A DNA stretch of 64,000 nucleotides from the NCBI RefSeq assembly GCF_006345805.1, contig NC_042997.1, positions 9,238,001-9,302,000 on the forward strand. The letters run 5' to 3'. Source of the DNA: Octopus sinensis. Its lineage: Eukaryota. Positions 51,839 to 64,000 of this stretch are shown here, piece by piece. Both the position numbers and the translations under genes were made by a program. Below the pieces are notes generated by a model, which ran no database searches, had not been told where the DNA came from, and worked only from the letters and a program-made list of their open reading frames with translations. Numbering within the stretch: position 1 is the first letter of the stretch; the number at the start of each line of letters is the position of its first letter.

Positions 51839-53267
51839 ATATATACATACACATATATATATATACATATTATACATACATAAATACATACGTATGCATA
51901 CATTGTATGTGATTATGTACATATGTGCAAAAAAGTTAATAATAATATTGTGTTCATTGCGACATGTTTAGTGTTTTCCCGTATATATTTTTTCATACTT
52001 AAAAGAATGTAAAATTTAGAATACCAAAGACATGCAACTAAGCGCTTGCTAAGAATGAACTTCTTCCTCATATTTGATTGGAATTTCTAAAACTATTTGA
52101 ATAAACCTTAACATGAGCATGCAACAAAACATGAACTAATGAATAACACATGATCACAAAAGTCTAATGTTTCATCAATTTTTATACATAAAGAAATATT
52201 GCTGTGTTGTAGAACTATAGTGTAGAATAAATCTATAGATTTTTGTATCTAACCCTGTATGTAGTGATGAATGTAAACTATATTTACAATGTTTTTGTGG
52301 ACAGAAGAACAAGGCACAGGTGAACCTGTTTCAATTCTTGAATTTGGATTTCATCGGTGGCTTTAATATTGTATATTCTGGCAGGTTATTTACAGTCATC
52401 AGTACATATAGTGCTAGCTAAAAAGAACTATAAATATATATGGTAAATTAATTAATTAAAACACTGTTAATTCACTTGTAATTTAATGAAGGAATAAGGC
52501 TGTTACATTAGCTTTTAGTATTATGGATTCAGATTGACAGCAGCAAAGATTGCACAGTTCAAAGAGAGTCCTTGTTTATGGAATTCACTTCCTCCACAGC
52601 CATCTTTACTATGGCATCCTGGAATCTAAACATCTTAGAAGCATAAAGCACACTCAGAGTTATGTGAAATCATTTGATTGCATGATCCTAATTAAATTGT
52701 AGAACTTTATTATTTCATATAGTTAAAGGATTTTATTTGCTATGTACCACTGCCAATCACATGTGTGTGTATTTCTGTATGTGCATATGTACCTGAAAGT
52801 TTAGAATTCATGTGTCTCTGCATGATACCATTTCAACGAAATGGTAATATCATCTTAGCATTTTCTATAAACGATTTTCTCTGAAGTTCTGTACTTGCAA
52901 AGTTCAATAGATGTGGAATAACACAGAAATGCATGCATCCTACAATTCAATGACATCCCTCTCAGCCTTTAAAATGTATTTACACACATTTCTAGGTGAA
53001 GAAATTTCTTCCAGGACCATTTTTGCAATGAAAGGTCTGAACACTCTCGAATGTTTAAACATGTCTTTATGCAAATTTTATTCAACACTACTTTCATGCA
53101 ACTTTATTCATTTAATTCTAGATTTATCATGCTTTATGTACACCAGCAAACATTCCATATGCTTTCTTTTAACAGAATAATTTTGTTCTTATCAGGCAAT
53201 GAAAGACATATCTGGTTTCTGTTGCTGAAGAAATAGAACAATACAGAAGCACTTGTCCTAAAATGTA

Positions 53268-53399
<132 letters not shown>

Positions 53400-53417
53400 C
53401 ATATATATATATATATC

Positions 53418-53745
53418 TGCTCAGTCGAAGTCGACTCTCGGTACTCGTTGGATCAGTGTCCTCCAGTTAGTTCTATCCTGGGCCGCTTCTTTCAGATTGG
53501 CTATGTCCATTCCGGTATCACTCTTGATGGTGTTCTTGGTCAGCCTCTTCCTCTCTTGCCACTGACCATTCCGAGCCTGATGTCGTTCTCCAGGGATTTT
53601 CTCTGCATAATATGACCCAAAATATGCCAATCTATGCTTGGTGATCCTAGCTTCTAGCAACATTTTCAGCCTGATCTGCTTAAGAACTTCTCCATTGGTG
53701 AGCCTCGCTGTCTATAGAATCTGTAAAAGTCTTCTCCAACACCAA
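53418..53745 (-). mobile_element. RTE/BovB-type LINE 3' relic
   Basis: LEARITKHRLAYFG...[26 protein letters not shown]. Confidence 0.75.
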
Positions 53746-53782
53746 AGCTCGAATGCATTAATGTGTATATATATGTATATAT

Positions 53783-54087
53783 GTGGAGGCGCAATGGCCT
53801 AGTGGTTAGGGCAGCGGACTCGCGGTCGCAGGATCGCGGTTTCGATTCCCAGACCGGGCGTTGTGAGTGTTTATTGAGCGAAAACACCTAAAAGCTCCAC
53901 GAGGCTCTGGCAGGGGGTGGTGATCCCTGCTGTACTCTTTCACCACTCTTTCTCCCACTCTTTCTTCTGTTGGCCTGTTCGCTTAGCCAGCGGGGTGGCG
54001 TCATTCGAAGGCTAAAACAATGCGAACGCATTGTGACCAGCGATGTGTAACAACATCTGATGGTCTGGTCGGTCACGTGATCATGTG
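53783..54087 (+). mobile_element. tRNA-SINE, head Y + tail C
   Basis: GGCGCAATGGCCTAGTGGTTAGGGCAGCGGACTCGC..GGTTTCGATTCCC head, CpG-rich (young); tail ..GGTCTGGTCGGTCACGTGATCA. Confidence 0.85.
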
Positions 54088-54171
54088 ATATATATATATA
54101 TATATCACGTGATCACGTGACCGACCAGACCATCAGATGTTATTACACATCGCTGATATATATATATATAT

Positions 54172-54203
<32 letters not shown>

Positions 54204-54204
54204 C

Positions 54205-54630
54205 ATCATCATCATCGTTTAACGTCTGTTTCCATGCTGGCATGGGTTGGATGATTCGACTGGGGTCTGAGAAGCCTGGAGGCTGCACCAGCCCCCAATC
54301 TGATCTGGCAGTGTTTCTACAGCTGGATGCCCTTCCTAACGCCAACCACACCGAGCGTGTATTGGGTGCTTTTTATGTGCTACCAGCACAGGGGCCAGTG
54401 GATCTGGCAACGACCACGATCGGATGGTGCTTTTTACATGCCAGCACTGGCATCGGCCACATTTGGATGGTGCTTTTTACGTGCTATCAGCATGGGGGTC
54501 ACAACTACAATTTCCATTTGATTTGATTTTGATATTGATGTTGATGTACTTGACTCAACAGATCATCTCATGCATGGCATGTCACCCTACGATCCAAATG
54601 GTGTCAATAAGACACAAAGGTGTCAGGTAA
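54205..54630 (-). mobile_element. 5'-truncated RTE 3' UTR
   Basis: Reverse complement of ~43660-44003, including the TTGAGTCAAGTACATC..AAATGGAAATTGTAGTTGTG segment. Confidence 0.8.
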
Positions 54631-56099
54631 TGCTGAGTAAGTGCTATGGACAGACTATAGTTAAGCTCCAGGTTCAGTGATTATTCGAATGAGGAGTCCA
54701 ACGTAGGTCATATATCAGCATGCATATATATAAAAAAAATAACAGAATGCGATAAAAATCTAATAGATGTGGAAATCTTTCACAGCTTTGGATTTTTATT
54801 TCATTCTGTTAATTTATATATTTATATGTACACCATAAGATGTATATACAAATGAGAAAAAAATGACATTAAAAATATTCAGCATATGTAATATATTTTA
54901 TTCATTTATTTGAAACTTTTGCCTCAGTTTGTCACTACTCAGAGCTTAATTTATGGAAGCTGGTCACTATCATTATTATGCAAAACTTTGTAGAGACACT
55001 TCTATGATTGTTTCTTTTAGATTAATAGTTCTCATTGTGTATTTCAGGTCTTTAAGTGTTTATGAGGTATTGTCTGTTTACCCATAACACATTAACATTC
55101 CTTTGACAATATTTGGTTTTAAGCCTGTATTTTCAGAATAACTCTTGTTTTCTATAAAGTAGCTTAAATTGTATTAAGATGCAGCATTTTTTTTTATTTT
55201 TATTTTTTACAAACATAAATCACATTCCTTGGCATCTTAAGTATAAGCTTTGGCAAACTATTTTATTACTGTAATATTTTCACTCTTCTCTTTTAATGAT
55301 TAAATATATTTTGATATTGCTATGTTAAACCTCTGGCTTGTGTTGTGAGAAGTGCTAGCATGTAATTATTATCAACAGTGTCCCGTTATCAAAGACTGCA
55401 TATTTGGATTCATTTGTATCACATTGTTGCTAAAAAACTTATTAAATTTCTTGTAGAACTTCATTTAACTGGAAACATTCATTCTTAACAATGAGAATAT
55501 AAAAAATAAGATATTAAGCAATTGCTGTTTTTTTTTTTTATTGTTAAGCCCTTTCCAAGGTCAGATCTGGTCAATCAAACTTATAATCAAATGAGATATA
55601 GCACATTAATTGAGAACATTTATACGAAAAATGCATTGATTGAAAGCATGCTGGTAAAAGGGAAAATTGGCATAAGACACATTTGTAGAAAGACATATTC
55701 ATAGTGAAACATATTTGATTGAAAGACAAAATGTTTGAAACCATTAGTGGAAATCAAATACACCAGAAGACGTATTGTTTGAAAAATTTCATTGATATAT
55801 TTATGGAAACAAATGTCAACTTAAAAGGACAAGGATAAATTATCTTTAAAATGAAAAACATTTTAAAGTTATTTTCTGACTATCTGTTTTTGTAAGAAAA
55901 TAAATGTAATTATAAGAAATAAATGCAATTATTAGAAAATAAATGTAATTATAAGAAAAGAAATGTTCACTGAGATGAAAAAATTATGTATCCAAGATTA
56001 TATTCAATATCTTTAAGGTAGTCCAAAATAGTCTTTTTGTAAAGCCTAACACACTAACATATATACTATACTGTACAACAGTATAGGATTTTAACCAGA

Positions 56100-56640
56100 A
56101 GTATATGTGAAGCACAGATAGAAACATTTTATCTTTATACTAAATATCTTCATAGACAGAAAAAAAAAACAGAAAATATCCGCCAGAATATTTCCAATGT
56201 TTTGCTGAAATTTCATCAGTGATTGAGTACCCACTTTAACTGTCTATGGAGACAATGTTTATAAACCCACTTTAACTAAAAGTTTAAGTAAATTAACTTG
56301 ACTGCTTTACTCATAGGATACATGGTAACTACTCTGATCAATAAATTAAAAGTGTTCTGTTTCAAACAGTATTCTAGAATATATCTATGAATTTTACACC
56401 ACAGTATATGCAACAGATGTATACAATGTTTTTGTAGGTAGAAAAAGAGGAATCAACCACACTAGTTTCAATCCAATGTTGAGACTTCATCAGTGACCGA
56501 GTATTCTCTTTAATTGTTCACAAGGACTTTGCTTATAAATATGCTATTACTCAGGGTGCAAGTAAATCAGATAGATCAATTCACATACGTAACACATCTA
56601 TTTGCAGCAAGTTCAATTAATATATCTTTAGTGTATTAAC
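56100..56640 (-). repeat. Diverged ~274 bp tandem pair, each unit with a CTGATGA core; related copy at ~52200-52360
   Basis: TCATCAG at 56213 and 56487 with homologous flanks. Unit 2 folds as CGGTCA|CTGATGA|AGTC..GATT|GAAA|CTAG|TG|TGGTTG (56454-56499), with G at the cleavage position. Confidence 0.55.
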
Positions 56641-56642
56641 AG

Positions 56643-56875
56643 TGTTGTCTTCCAATGCTAAAGAATATTACAGAAATGGCATAAACCTTGCTTATGACAC
56701 TTTTCGAAAACCTGAAGGTTTTGTATATAAAGACAAGATCCCTGAGTTTGAACACCTTACAACAATGCTCAAATCACGAAAATCAACATTTGAAAAAATA
56801 TTTAAAAAATTTTTAGAAACACAATGTTATAATATTTGTATAACACACGTGATAAGAAGTTATACCAAACCATTT
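56643..56875 (+). CDS. Candidate 233 nt exon (unidentified protein)
   Basis: Open frame LSSNAKEYYRNGINLAYDTFRKPEGFVYKDKIPEFEHL...IRSYTKPF with non-repetitive charged composition; donor TTT|gtaagt; acceptors at 56642 (phase 1) or 56631 (phase 2). Confidence 0.5.
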
Positions 56876-57179
56876 GTAAGTTTGTTCTGTATAGGAGACA
56901 TTTAGTAATGCTCAAAAGATTCTAACTTAGACTCCAATGTCTTTACAGGTGATCATTCCACAAGGTAAAGAAAGCAGGATCAGGTTGAGTGGGTATAGAA
57001 GCAATAATGGGGAAAAGCAAATTAGACACATTAAATATATTAAATAGATCAAGGACATCAAATAGAAAATATGTATATCTGTATACATGCAAAATGAGAG
57101 AAAGCAAAAGGTGGAAATGACGATGAATGATGAATGATGATGAATGATGATGAATGATGAATTTATATGTAATATCATT

Positions 57180-59300
57180 TGCAGCACCAAGTGTAAGCTA
57201 TGGACGCATAAGAGTTGCAGGGGATTCGTGGATAGGTTATCAGATAAGGTCACTATCATGTGTGGCAGGAATGCATGAACAGTATGTATGAAGAACACAA
57301 GTGACTTAAACTCTTTCAAATGCCAAGGAGGCTCTCTTGAGGTAGCAGATAGTTTCTGCTATTTAGGGGGACCAAATTAGCAACAGTGGTGGATGCTCTG
57401 AAAGTATTGCTTCTAGAATAAGAATAGGATGGAGGAAGTTCAGAGAACTACCACCTCTGTTGGCAGCAAAGGGACTCTCTCTCTCTCAAGTGAAAATAGA
57501 TTGTATGATGCTTGTGTGAGAACAGCTATGTTATATGTTAGTGTAACAAGGGCTCTGACTGAAGACATGTATAGACTGGAGAGGAATGAAGGTAGTATAC
57601 TCCACTGGATTTGCAACATCAGTGTGCATGACTGACAAAACACAACTATGTTAAGAGAAAAGTTGGGCATAGGAGGAATTAAATGTGGAATGCAGGAGAG
57701 GAGAATGTGTTTTTTCTGGATGTGTGATGCGTATGAGTGAAGACAGCTGTATACAGAAGTGACCGTTACTGAAAGTGGACGGTACCTATGGAAGAAGGAG
57801 ACCCAGGAAGACATGCAAGGAAGTGGTGAGGACCAATTTTAGGATGTTGGGGCTCATGGAGGAAATTACAATGGACCAAGATGTTTGGTGATATGAAGTT
57901 CTAACGGTGGCAAGCTGGCAGAGACGTTAGCACGCTGGGCAAAATGCTTAGTGGTATTTCGTCTGCCACTACGTTCTGAGTTCAAATTCCACCGAGGTTG
58001 ACTTTGCCTTTCATCCTTTTGGCGTCAATTAAATAAGACCAGTTATGCACTGGGGTCAATATAATCAACTTAATACGTTTGTCTGTCCTTGTTTGTCCTC
58101 TCTGTGTGTAGCCTCTTGTGGGCAGTAAAGAAATAAGATATGAAGCTCAAGAGAAGACCAGTCCACAAAACTGAGAGGTAGAAAAGTTGTGTCCCATCCA
58201 CATGGAAAAACACACTTTTCACCCACTCTACCCTAAAAACCGAACTACAACCCCTCTCCTAAATGCATCTTTCTCTTCTTCACATTTCCTCTTCATAAAC
58301 TATGATTGCTTTCCAATCCCCTTTCTTGCCTTCACAGGCCTGCTCACTGCATCGCTGGTCCCCCACCCCCAACACCAACACCCTATTTTTCTATCCAAGT
58401 TCTATGCCCAGATCCTTGTTACTTGTGAGTATACACTAGCTCTACACCATCTCTCTCCTACTCTAGCTTACACTTTTGCTGTTTCCTACTCTCTTTCTTT
58501 CTCTTGGTCGCTCTCTCTCTCTCTCTCTCTCTCCTTCTCTTGTTTTTCCTCTGAATAGGTAACCAAGAACCAAGAATCACCTTCACATCAGCACACTTGT
58601 TTCTGGTTTTTTTCTTGAACTTCTCTCTCACTCTCAGTCTCTTTTCTCTCTCTGTCTCTCTTTTCTCTCTCTCTCACTTTCTCTCTCTCTTTTCTCTCAA
58701 TCTCTCTCTGTCACTTTTCTCTCTCGCCGCCTCTCTTTTTCTCTCTGTCTCACTCTCTATCTCTTTTCTCTCTCTCTCTCCCTCTCTCTCTCTCTCTCAC
58801 ACTCCCTCTAGGTAACCATGTACCTCTCCCACAGTAAAACACTTATTTCTGCCTCTCTATTTCTCTGTTACACTCTAACCTTTCATTATCTGATACTGGA
58901 TCACTTCCTCTAATGCCCACCTCTGTTGTGGAAAGTCACCTGCTTCTGTTTCTCTGTCTTTTTGACACAAGTTCCCCTCCTCAAATTCCCCCGCCTCTCA
59001 CATAATTCTTTGTCTTGTGAGTTACTTGGTTACCCTGCCAATGCTGGTGCCACGTTAAAAGCATCTAGACCACACTGTAGCATAGTTGGCATTTGGAAGG
59101 ACATCCAGCTGTAAAAATCATGCCAAAACTAACCTCACCTGTGCTAGTGCCATGTAAAAAGCACTGAGTCCACTCTGCGGAGTGGTTGGTGTTAGGAAGG
59201 GCATCCAGCCATAAAATCCCTGCCAAAGCAGACACAGTAGCCAAGGGTAGTTTTTCTACCTGGCTGACTCCATGCATGCATGGAAGATAGATTAAATAAT
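57180..59300 (+). mobile_element. 5'-truncated RTE LINE with long CT-rich 3' UTR
   Basis: RLYDACVRTAMLY..LTEDMYRLERNE..ILHWICN, homologous to 42880-43650; ends in GGAAGGGCATCCAGC modules and ATGGAAGATAGATTAAATAATGAC. Confidence 0.75.
57902..58136 (+). mobile_element. Meta-like SINE inside the RTE
   Basis: 12 bp TSD GATATGAAGYTC at 57890 and 58137. Confidence 0.9.
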
Positions 59301-59399
59301 GACTTTTTTTCTCTCTAGTTTCAGCTCAGAGCTGTGGCCATGCTGATGCACCGCCGTTTTGCTACACTGTTATTACTAAGAGCCTCCTCTAATATGTGG

Positions 59400-59640
59400 C
59401 ACTTGGTGAAGAATGGAGTTTGATATAGCTACCCTAATTTGCACCTCTTGCCATGAGGTAGGTTCATCTGGAACTCTCGACAGGAAGAGGTCCAGCTTTG
59501 ATTAAAAAACCCTTCATCTACTTTGTGCAAGTTCCTCAGACTCTTTGGGAGAATATTAAAAAGCTGTGGGCCCTTGAAACACAGGCTGTTGCAGTAACTG
59601 TTCCTGAAGTGTGATGGCATTGCTGGGATCTTTGGCATAT
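59400..59640 (-). mobile_element. CR1/L2-type LINE 3' relic
   Basis: NSLCFKGPQLFNILPKSLRNL...FFKSKLD.FLSRVPDEP (with frameshift). Confidence 0.7.
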
Positions 59641-59873
59641 ATACACATTCATATAAATAGGTCCTACTTATACAGAGTACAAACGACAGAGAAATTTGAA
59701 GTGGTAGAAGAAAGGTGTTGTAAGTCCAACCCCTTTGAAGTTCTCTGTTCTTTGTGCTCTGTGTAAGCTGGAGCTATTTATATAAATAAATACATATTTT
59801 TATACATATAAATTCATTATTCGTCACCTGAAAGTTTCCAACTTTTGCTTTCTCTTGTATTGCATATATATAT

Positions 59874-60280
59874 ACTCTTTTATTTTTTTACTTGTTTCAG
59901 TCATTTGACTGTGGCCATGCTGGAGCACCACCTTTAGTCAAGCAAATCGACCTCAGGACTTATTCTTTGTAAGCCTAGTACTTTTTCTATTGGTCTCTTT
60001 TGCCAAACCACTAAGTTACAGTGACGTAAACACACCAGCATCAGTTGTCAAGCGATGTTGGGGGTGAGGACAAACACAGACACAGAAACATATACATACA
60101 CACATATATATACATATATATGATGGGCTTCTTTCAGTTTCCGTCTACCAAATCCACTCACAAGGTTTTGGTCGACCTGAGGCTATAGTAGAAGACACTT
60201 GCCCAAAGTGCCACACAGTGGAACTGAACCCAGAACCATGTGGTTGGTAAACAAGCTACTTACCTCACAGCCACTCCTAT
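59874..60280 (-). mobile_element. CORE-like SINE
   Basis: Reverse complement of the 17922 family. Confidence 0.85.
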
Positions 60281-60461
60281 ACATATACATATTTTGTTTA
60301 ATATATTTATATATTTGATGTGTCTAATTTGCTTATCCCCTTTATTGCTTATATATATGGCATGTAAAAGGCAGCTTTGCCAGTGATATATAAAAGTCAC
60401 CCACTACACTCTTGGAGTGGTTGGCATTGGGAAGGGCATCTAGCCATACTCTCCAGCTTAA

Positions 60462-60685
60462 CCCTTTCGTTACCATATTTCTGTTGAGAAACTCTGTGTT
60501 TCTTTCAATTAATTTTAAATATAACAAAGAATTTAGTAAAATAAAGTAGTCATCATTAAGCTAGTGTTAGGAAGATAAATTGTGACTCAGATTTGGTGGA
60601 AGATTTTAATTCAGAACTTTTGAAAACAAGACATTTGTATTAGAGAGCCAGAGGGTTGGTTTCAGGTGGGTTGGTATCAAAAGGG
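60462..60685. mobile_element. piggyBac-type MITE inside an RTE 3' module
   Basis: TTAA at 60458 and 60686; TIR CCCTTTCGTTACCA / TGGTATCAAAAGGG. Confidence 0.85.
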
Positions 60686-61241
60686 TTAAAGTTCCAGTCA
60701 AACCATCTAATCCATGCCAGCATGGAAAGAAGACACTAAATGATGATGATGATGATGATGATATGTGTGTATGTAAAATCATAGTGTAGTATATGGATTC
60801 ATAGAACATTGTGGCTATCACTGAAAGCTCCTCTAGCGGACCTGGCTAGCAAACCTCATAATAATCCACTACAGTAGAGTATAATGCAGAGTTCTATGCA
60901 GGTGAAATCCAGGAAACCTCATCAATGAAATTATTTCATGAGCAATATATAAACCATAAAATGTCAGTTTATTAGAAGTATGGAATGTAAAATTGCTTGG
61001 TCTCTTGAATGTAATGCATAACCATATAAATGTTACCTTCAATTATGTTATTATTACGTATGATACATTAAATTTACTCTCATAATCCAGTTTGGCAGAT
61101 TCAATTTAATTGAAGTGTTTACTTGATAGCATTATGGATTAGCTATATGTTTATATCCATTTACTTCTATGTGATCGTGTATACATATTTGCCCTATTAA
61201 TATATTATATATATATATATATATTTTATATATAGAGATAT

Positions 61242-61648
61242 TACTCTTTTACTCTTTTACTTGTTTCAGTCATTTGACTGCGGACATGCTGGAGCACCGC
61301 CTTTAGTCGAGCAACTCGACCCCGGGACTTATTCTTTTTGTAAGCCCAGTACTTATTCTATCGGTCTCTTTTTGCCGAACCGGTAAGTGACAGGGACGTA
61401 AACACACCACCATCGGTTGTCAAGCAAACACAGACACACAAACACACACACATACATATATATATATATACATATACATATATACAACAGGCTTCTTTCA
61501 GTTTCCGTCTACCAAATCCACTCACAAAGCATTGGTCGGCCCGGGGCTATAGCAGAAGACACTTGCCCAAGATGCCACGCAGTGGGACTGAACCCGGAAC
61601 CATGTGGTTGGTTAGCAAGCTACTTACCACACAGCCACTCCTGCGCCT
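61242..61648 (-). mobile_element. Young CORE-like SINE
   Basis: Retains many CpGs; reverse complement of the 17922 family. Confidence 0.85.
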
Positions 61649-61691
61649 ATGTATATATATATACTTTATTTAAAGCAGCAGAAAATTCAAC

Positions 61692-61739
61692 AAAATCTGT
61701 TACTCTGAGTTTCTCGTTGCCGTTCATCAGACAGTTTTT
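61692..61739 (-). ncRNA. Minimal type I hammerhead ribozyme
   Basis: AAAA.CTGT | CTGATGA | A CG GCAA CG A | GAAA | CTC A GAG | TA | ACAG.TTTT; GUA triplet, GNRA-capped stem II. Confidence 0.7.
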
Positions 61740-61984
61740 GCTAGAATGGAACCAATATATCAATATATCAATATATATATATATATATATTTGTATGTAT
61801 GCATGTATATATGCATATATATATATATATATATATATATAACATTATAATTTAGGGTATCTAAGAGATACCACCACGCTGGAAATAGAAGCCAAAACTT
61901 GACTCTAAAACCACATTAAATGTTCATACAGCACCAGGAGGGAAGGTAAAAAGACAAAATAAACTAGCAAAACATTTCTGGATA

Positions 61985-62043
61985 ATTCCAGATCCCTGAT
62001 TTCTGGCTCTGTATAAGAAATGCTCTGCCTTCATCAGTGGAAT
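61985..62043 (-). ncRNA. Type I hammerhead ribozyme
   Basis: ATTCCA | CTGATGA | A GGC..GCC A | GAAA | TC agg GA | TC | TGGAAT; perfect 6 bp stem I, AUC triplet. Confidence 0.7.
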
Positions 62044-62110
62044 ATACTCAGATAGCACATAAATACAGATATATATATATGCTTAACCTCGCTAAGATAA
62101 ATATTTCAAT

Positions 62111-62179
62111 CACCTGAAGATTGACTGTAACAATAACTCGAATTATTAAGAATTGGACAGCCATGAAACGATCGTAGTG
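62111..62179 (+). ncRNA. Type I hammerhead ribozyme (same family as 12782)
   Basis: CAC | CTGAAGA | TTG.CTGT..ACAG.CAT | GAAA | CGATCG | TA | GTG. Part of a half copy (62081-62325) of the 12.7 kb palindrome. Confidence 0.7.
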
Positions 62180-62549
62180 TTTTGCTCATTATCTTTTATT
62201 AAATTTTTTATAATTTTGATATATATTTAAAATAATATAAATTAATTAATTTTAAGTATTGGCTTAAGTTTTTCATTGTTTGATTTGCCTAATAGTGGTT
62301 TTATCTCTAATTTAATATAATATATATAGATATATATATATACACAACATACAAATACTTACGTATACGAAGATATACATATATATGCACGTACGCATAG
62401 AGTCAAGTTTTGGTTGCTATTTTTAGCATGGTGGTATCTCTTAAATACCCTAAATTATAATTTTAATTATTACCTTTGAAGGTTTTTATTCCCATGCTGG
62501 CCACTTGATAAGATCACTATTTAAATAACAATCTTATCCTTATTTATAT

Positions 62550-62554
62550 AAATT

Positions 62555-62619
<65 letters not shown>

Positions 62620-62684
62620 ATATATATATATATATATGGATATATATATATTATATAATATATATAATATATATATATATATAT

Positions 62685-62730
<46 letters not shown>

Positions 62731-62742
62731 TATATATATATA

Positions 62743-62786
<44 letters not shown>

Positions 62787-62808
62787 ATATGTATATATAT
62801 ATAGATAT

Positions 62809-62854
<46 letters not shown>

Positions 62855-62860
62855 CCCATA
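62550..62860. repeat. (TA)n microsatellite
   Basis: Direct sequence. Confidence 0.95.
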
Positions 62861-62905
62861 TCTTTTTAAGTATATGGATGTATATTTGAATTTGGATATC
62901 AAATA

Positions 62906-63425
62906 TGAGGGTGGGCTGAAATGTTCATAGGCCAAGGAGTAATGCTAGAACTGTGAAATCTTGCATGCATTAATTTCAACTGTTCTTATTAACAACTGCA
63001 TTGTTTATTTCCAGGTAAAGTGATGTCTGACTGTTCAAAGAATTCTTCAAAAGTAACTAATAGTTATTTTTCTTGAAAATTAATAAAATTTGGCATCATG
63101 GTACTATCAAACAAGTACTTGCAGAAAAAGGGTTTAGTCCCCAAGGACATTCATGCTGACATGGTTGCTACATTAGGGAATGATGCTACAACCTTATCAA
63201 CAGTGCAAAAGTAGGCAGCTGGATGTAGGAGGGGAACAGAGAGTCTGGACATCCTGTAACTGCCACCACCGAGGCAAACATTGTGTTCACCACATGGTGA
63301 TGAATGACAGACAACTGACTATAAATCAAATAGCTGATACTATTAGCATATCCTGTGAGAGAATTGAGAATATTCTGCACAATGAACTTGGCATGATGAA
63401 GGTTTTTGTTTGGTGAGTGCCAAAT
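62906..63425 (+). mobile_element. Mariner transposon 5' fragment
   Basis: TA + TGAGGGTGGGCTGAAATGTTCATAGGC TIR; KYLQKKGL.PKDIHADMVATLGNDA..LSTVQK..HHMVMNDRQLTINQIADTISISCERIENILHNELGM.KV..W.VP. Confidence 0.85.
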
Positions 63426-63439
63426 TGTTAGGGATTGAT

Positions 63440-63811
63440 GGGATGGAAGCACTCCGTCGGTTACGACGACGAGGGTTCCGGTTGATCCGAATCAATGGAA
63501 CAGCCTGCTCGTGAAATTAACGTGTAAGTGGCTGAGCACTCCACAGACACGTGTACCCTTAACGTAGTTCTCGGGGATATTCAGCGTGACACAGAGAGTG
63601 ACAAGGCCGGCCCTTTGAAATACAGGTACAACAGAAACAGGAAGTAAGAGTGAGAGAAAGTTGTGGTGAAAGAGTACAGCAGGGATCACCACCATCCCCT
63701 GCCAGGTGTTTTCACTCAATAAACACTCACAACGCCCGGTCTGGGAATCGAAACCGCGATCCTATGACCGCGAGTCCACTGCCCTAACCACTGGGCCATT
63801 GTGCCTCAACC
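63440..63811 (-). mobile_element. tRNA-SINE, head Y + tail A
   Basis: 11 bp TSD TAGGGATTGAT at 63429-63439 and 63812-63822. Confidence 0.9.
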
Positions 63812-64000
63812 TAGGGATTGATACTGTAGAGATGAGACATAAAAGACATGAATATGACAATGTATGCATGTGTGAGTTGTTTGTGCGTGCTTTTGTGTGT
63901 GAACATAAAAATACACAAATGCACACACGTATACCTACTTGTTACCAATTACACAGACACACACACTTTCCCGCTTCTCTCTCTCAGTTTCACTCTCTCT

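Larger units (their letters stand above)
61845..62460. mobile_element. Element bounded by 63 bp inverted repeats, containing two HHRs
   Basis: 61845-61907 and 62398-62460 match 57/63 as reverse complements. Confidence 0.8.

Noticed and set aside
53783-53855. SINE heads as functional tRNA genes
   Set aside because: A/B boxes are present but no acceptor stem closes; they continue into repeat bodies, several with TSDs.
55898-55962. Three ~21 bp AT-rich tandem copies
   Set aside because: Ordinary slippage repeat with no structure.

Overview
AT-rich eukaryotic DNA dominated by microsatellites and interspersed repeats. The repeat families look like a coleoid cephalopod, probably Octopus (inference from sequence style, not a database match). 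No complete host gene is visible: nearly all listed ORFs are microsatellite or repeat artefacts, leaving a few candidate exons of an unidentified + strand gene. Mobile DNA includes a near-complete Penelope-like element (RT + GIY-YIG, 47.5-51.7 kb), RTE and CR1 LINE relics, four tRNA-headed SINE types with swapped tails, mariner, DD37D, piggyBac-type and Helitron-type non-autonomous elements, a copia-like integrase relic and a probable Chapaev-like transposase relic. The main unexplained signal is a dense population of type I hammerhead ribozyme (HHR) motifs: 6 with an intact catalytic core and at least 6 more with about one core or cleavage-site lesion, with many different stem II sequences. 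Three times they form back-to-back, outward-facing pairs on opposite strands: a spacer-less 450 bp palindrome (12529-12980), an older 200 bp palindrome (32084-32284), and a pair inside 63 bp inverted repeats (61845-62460). All folds were read by eye; repeat family names are from memory and need database confirmation.
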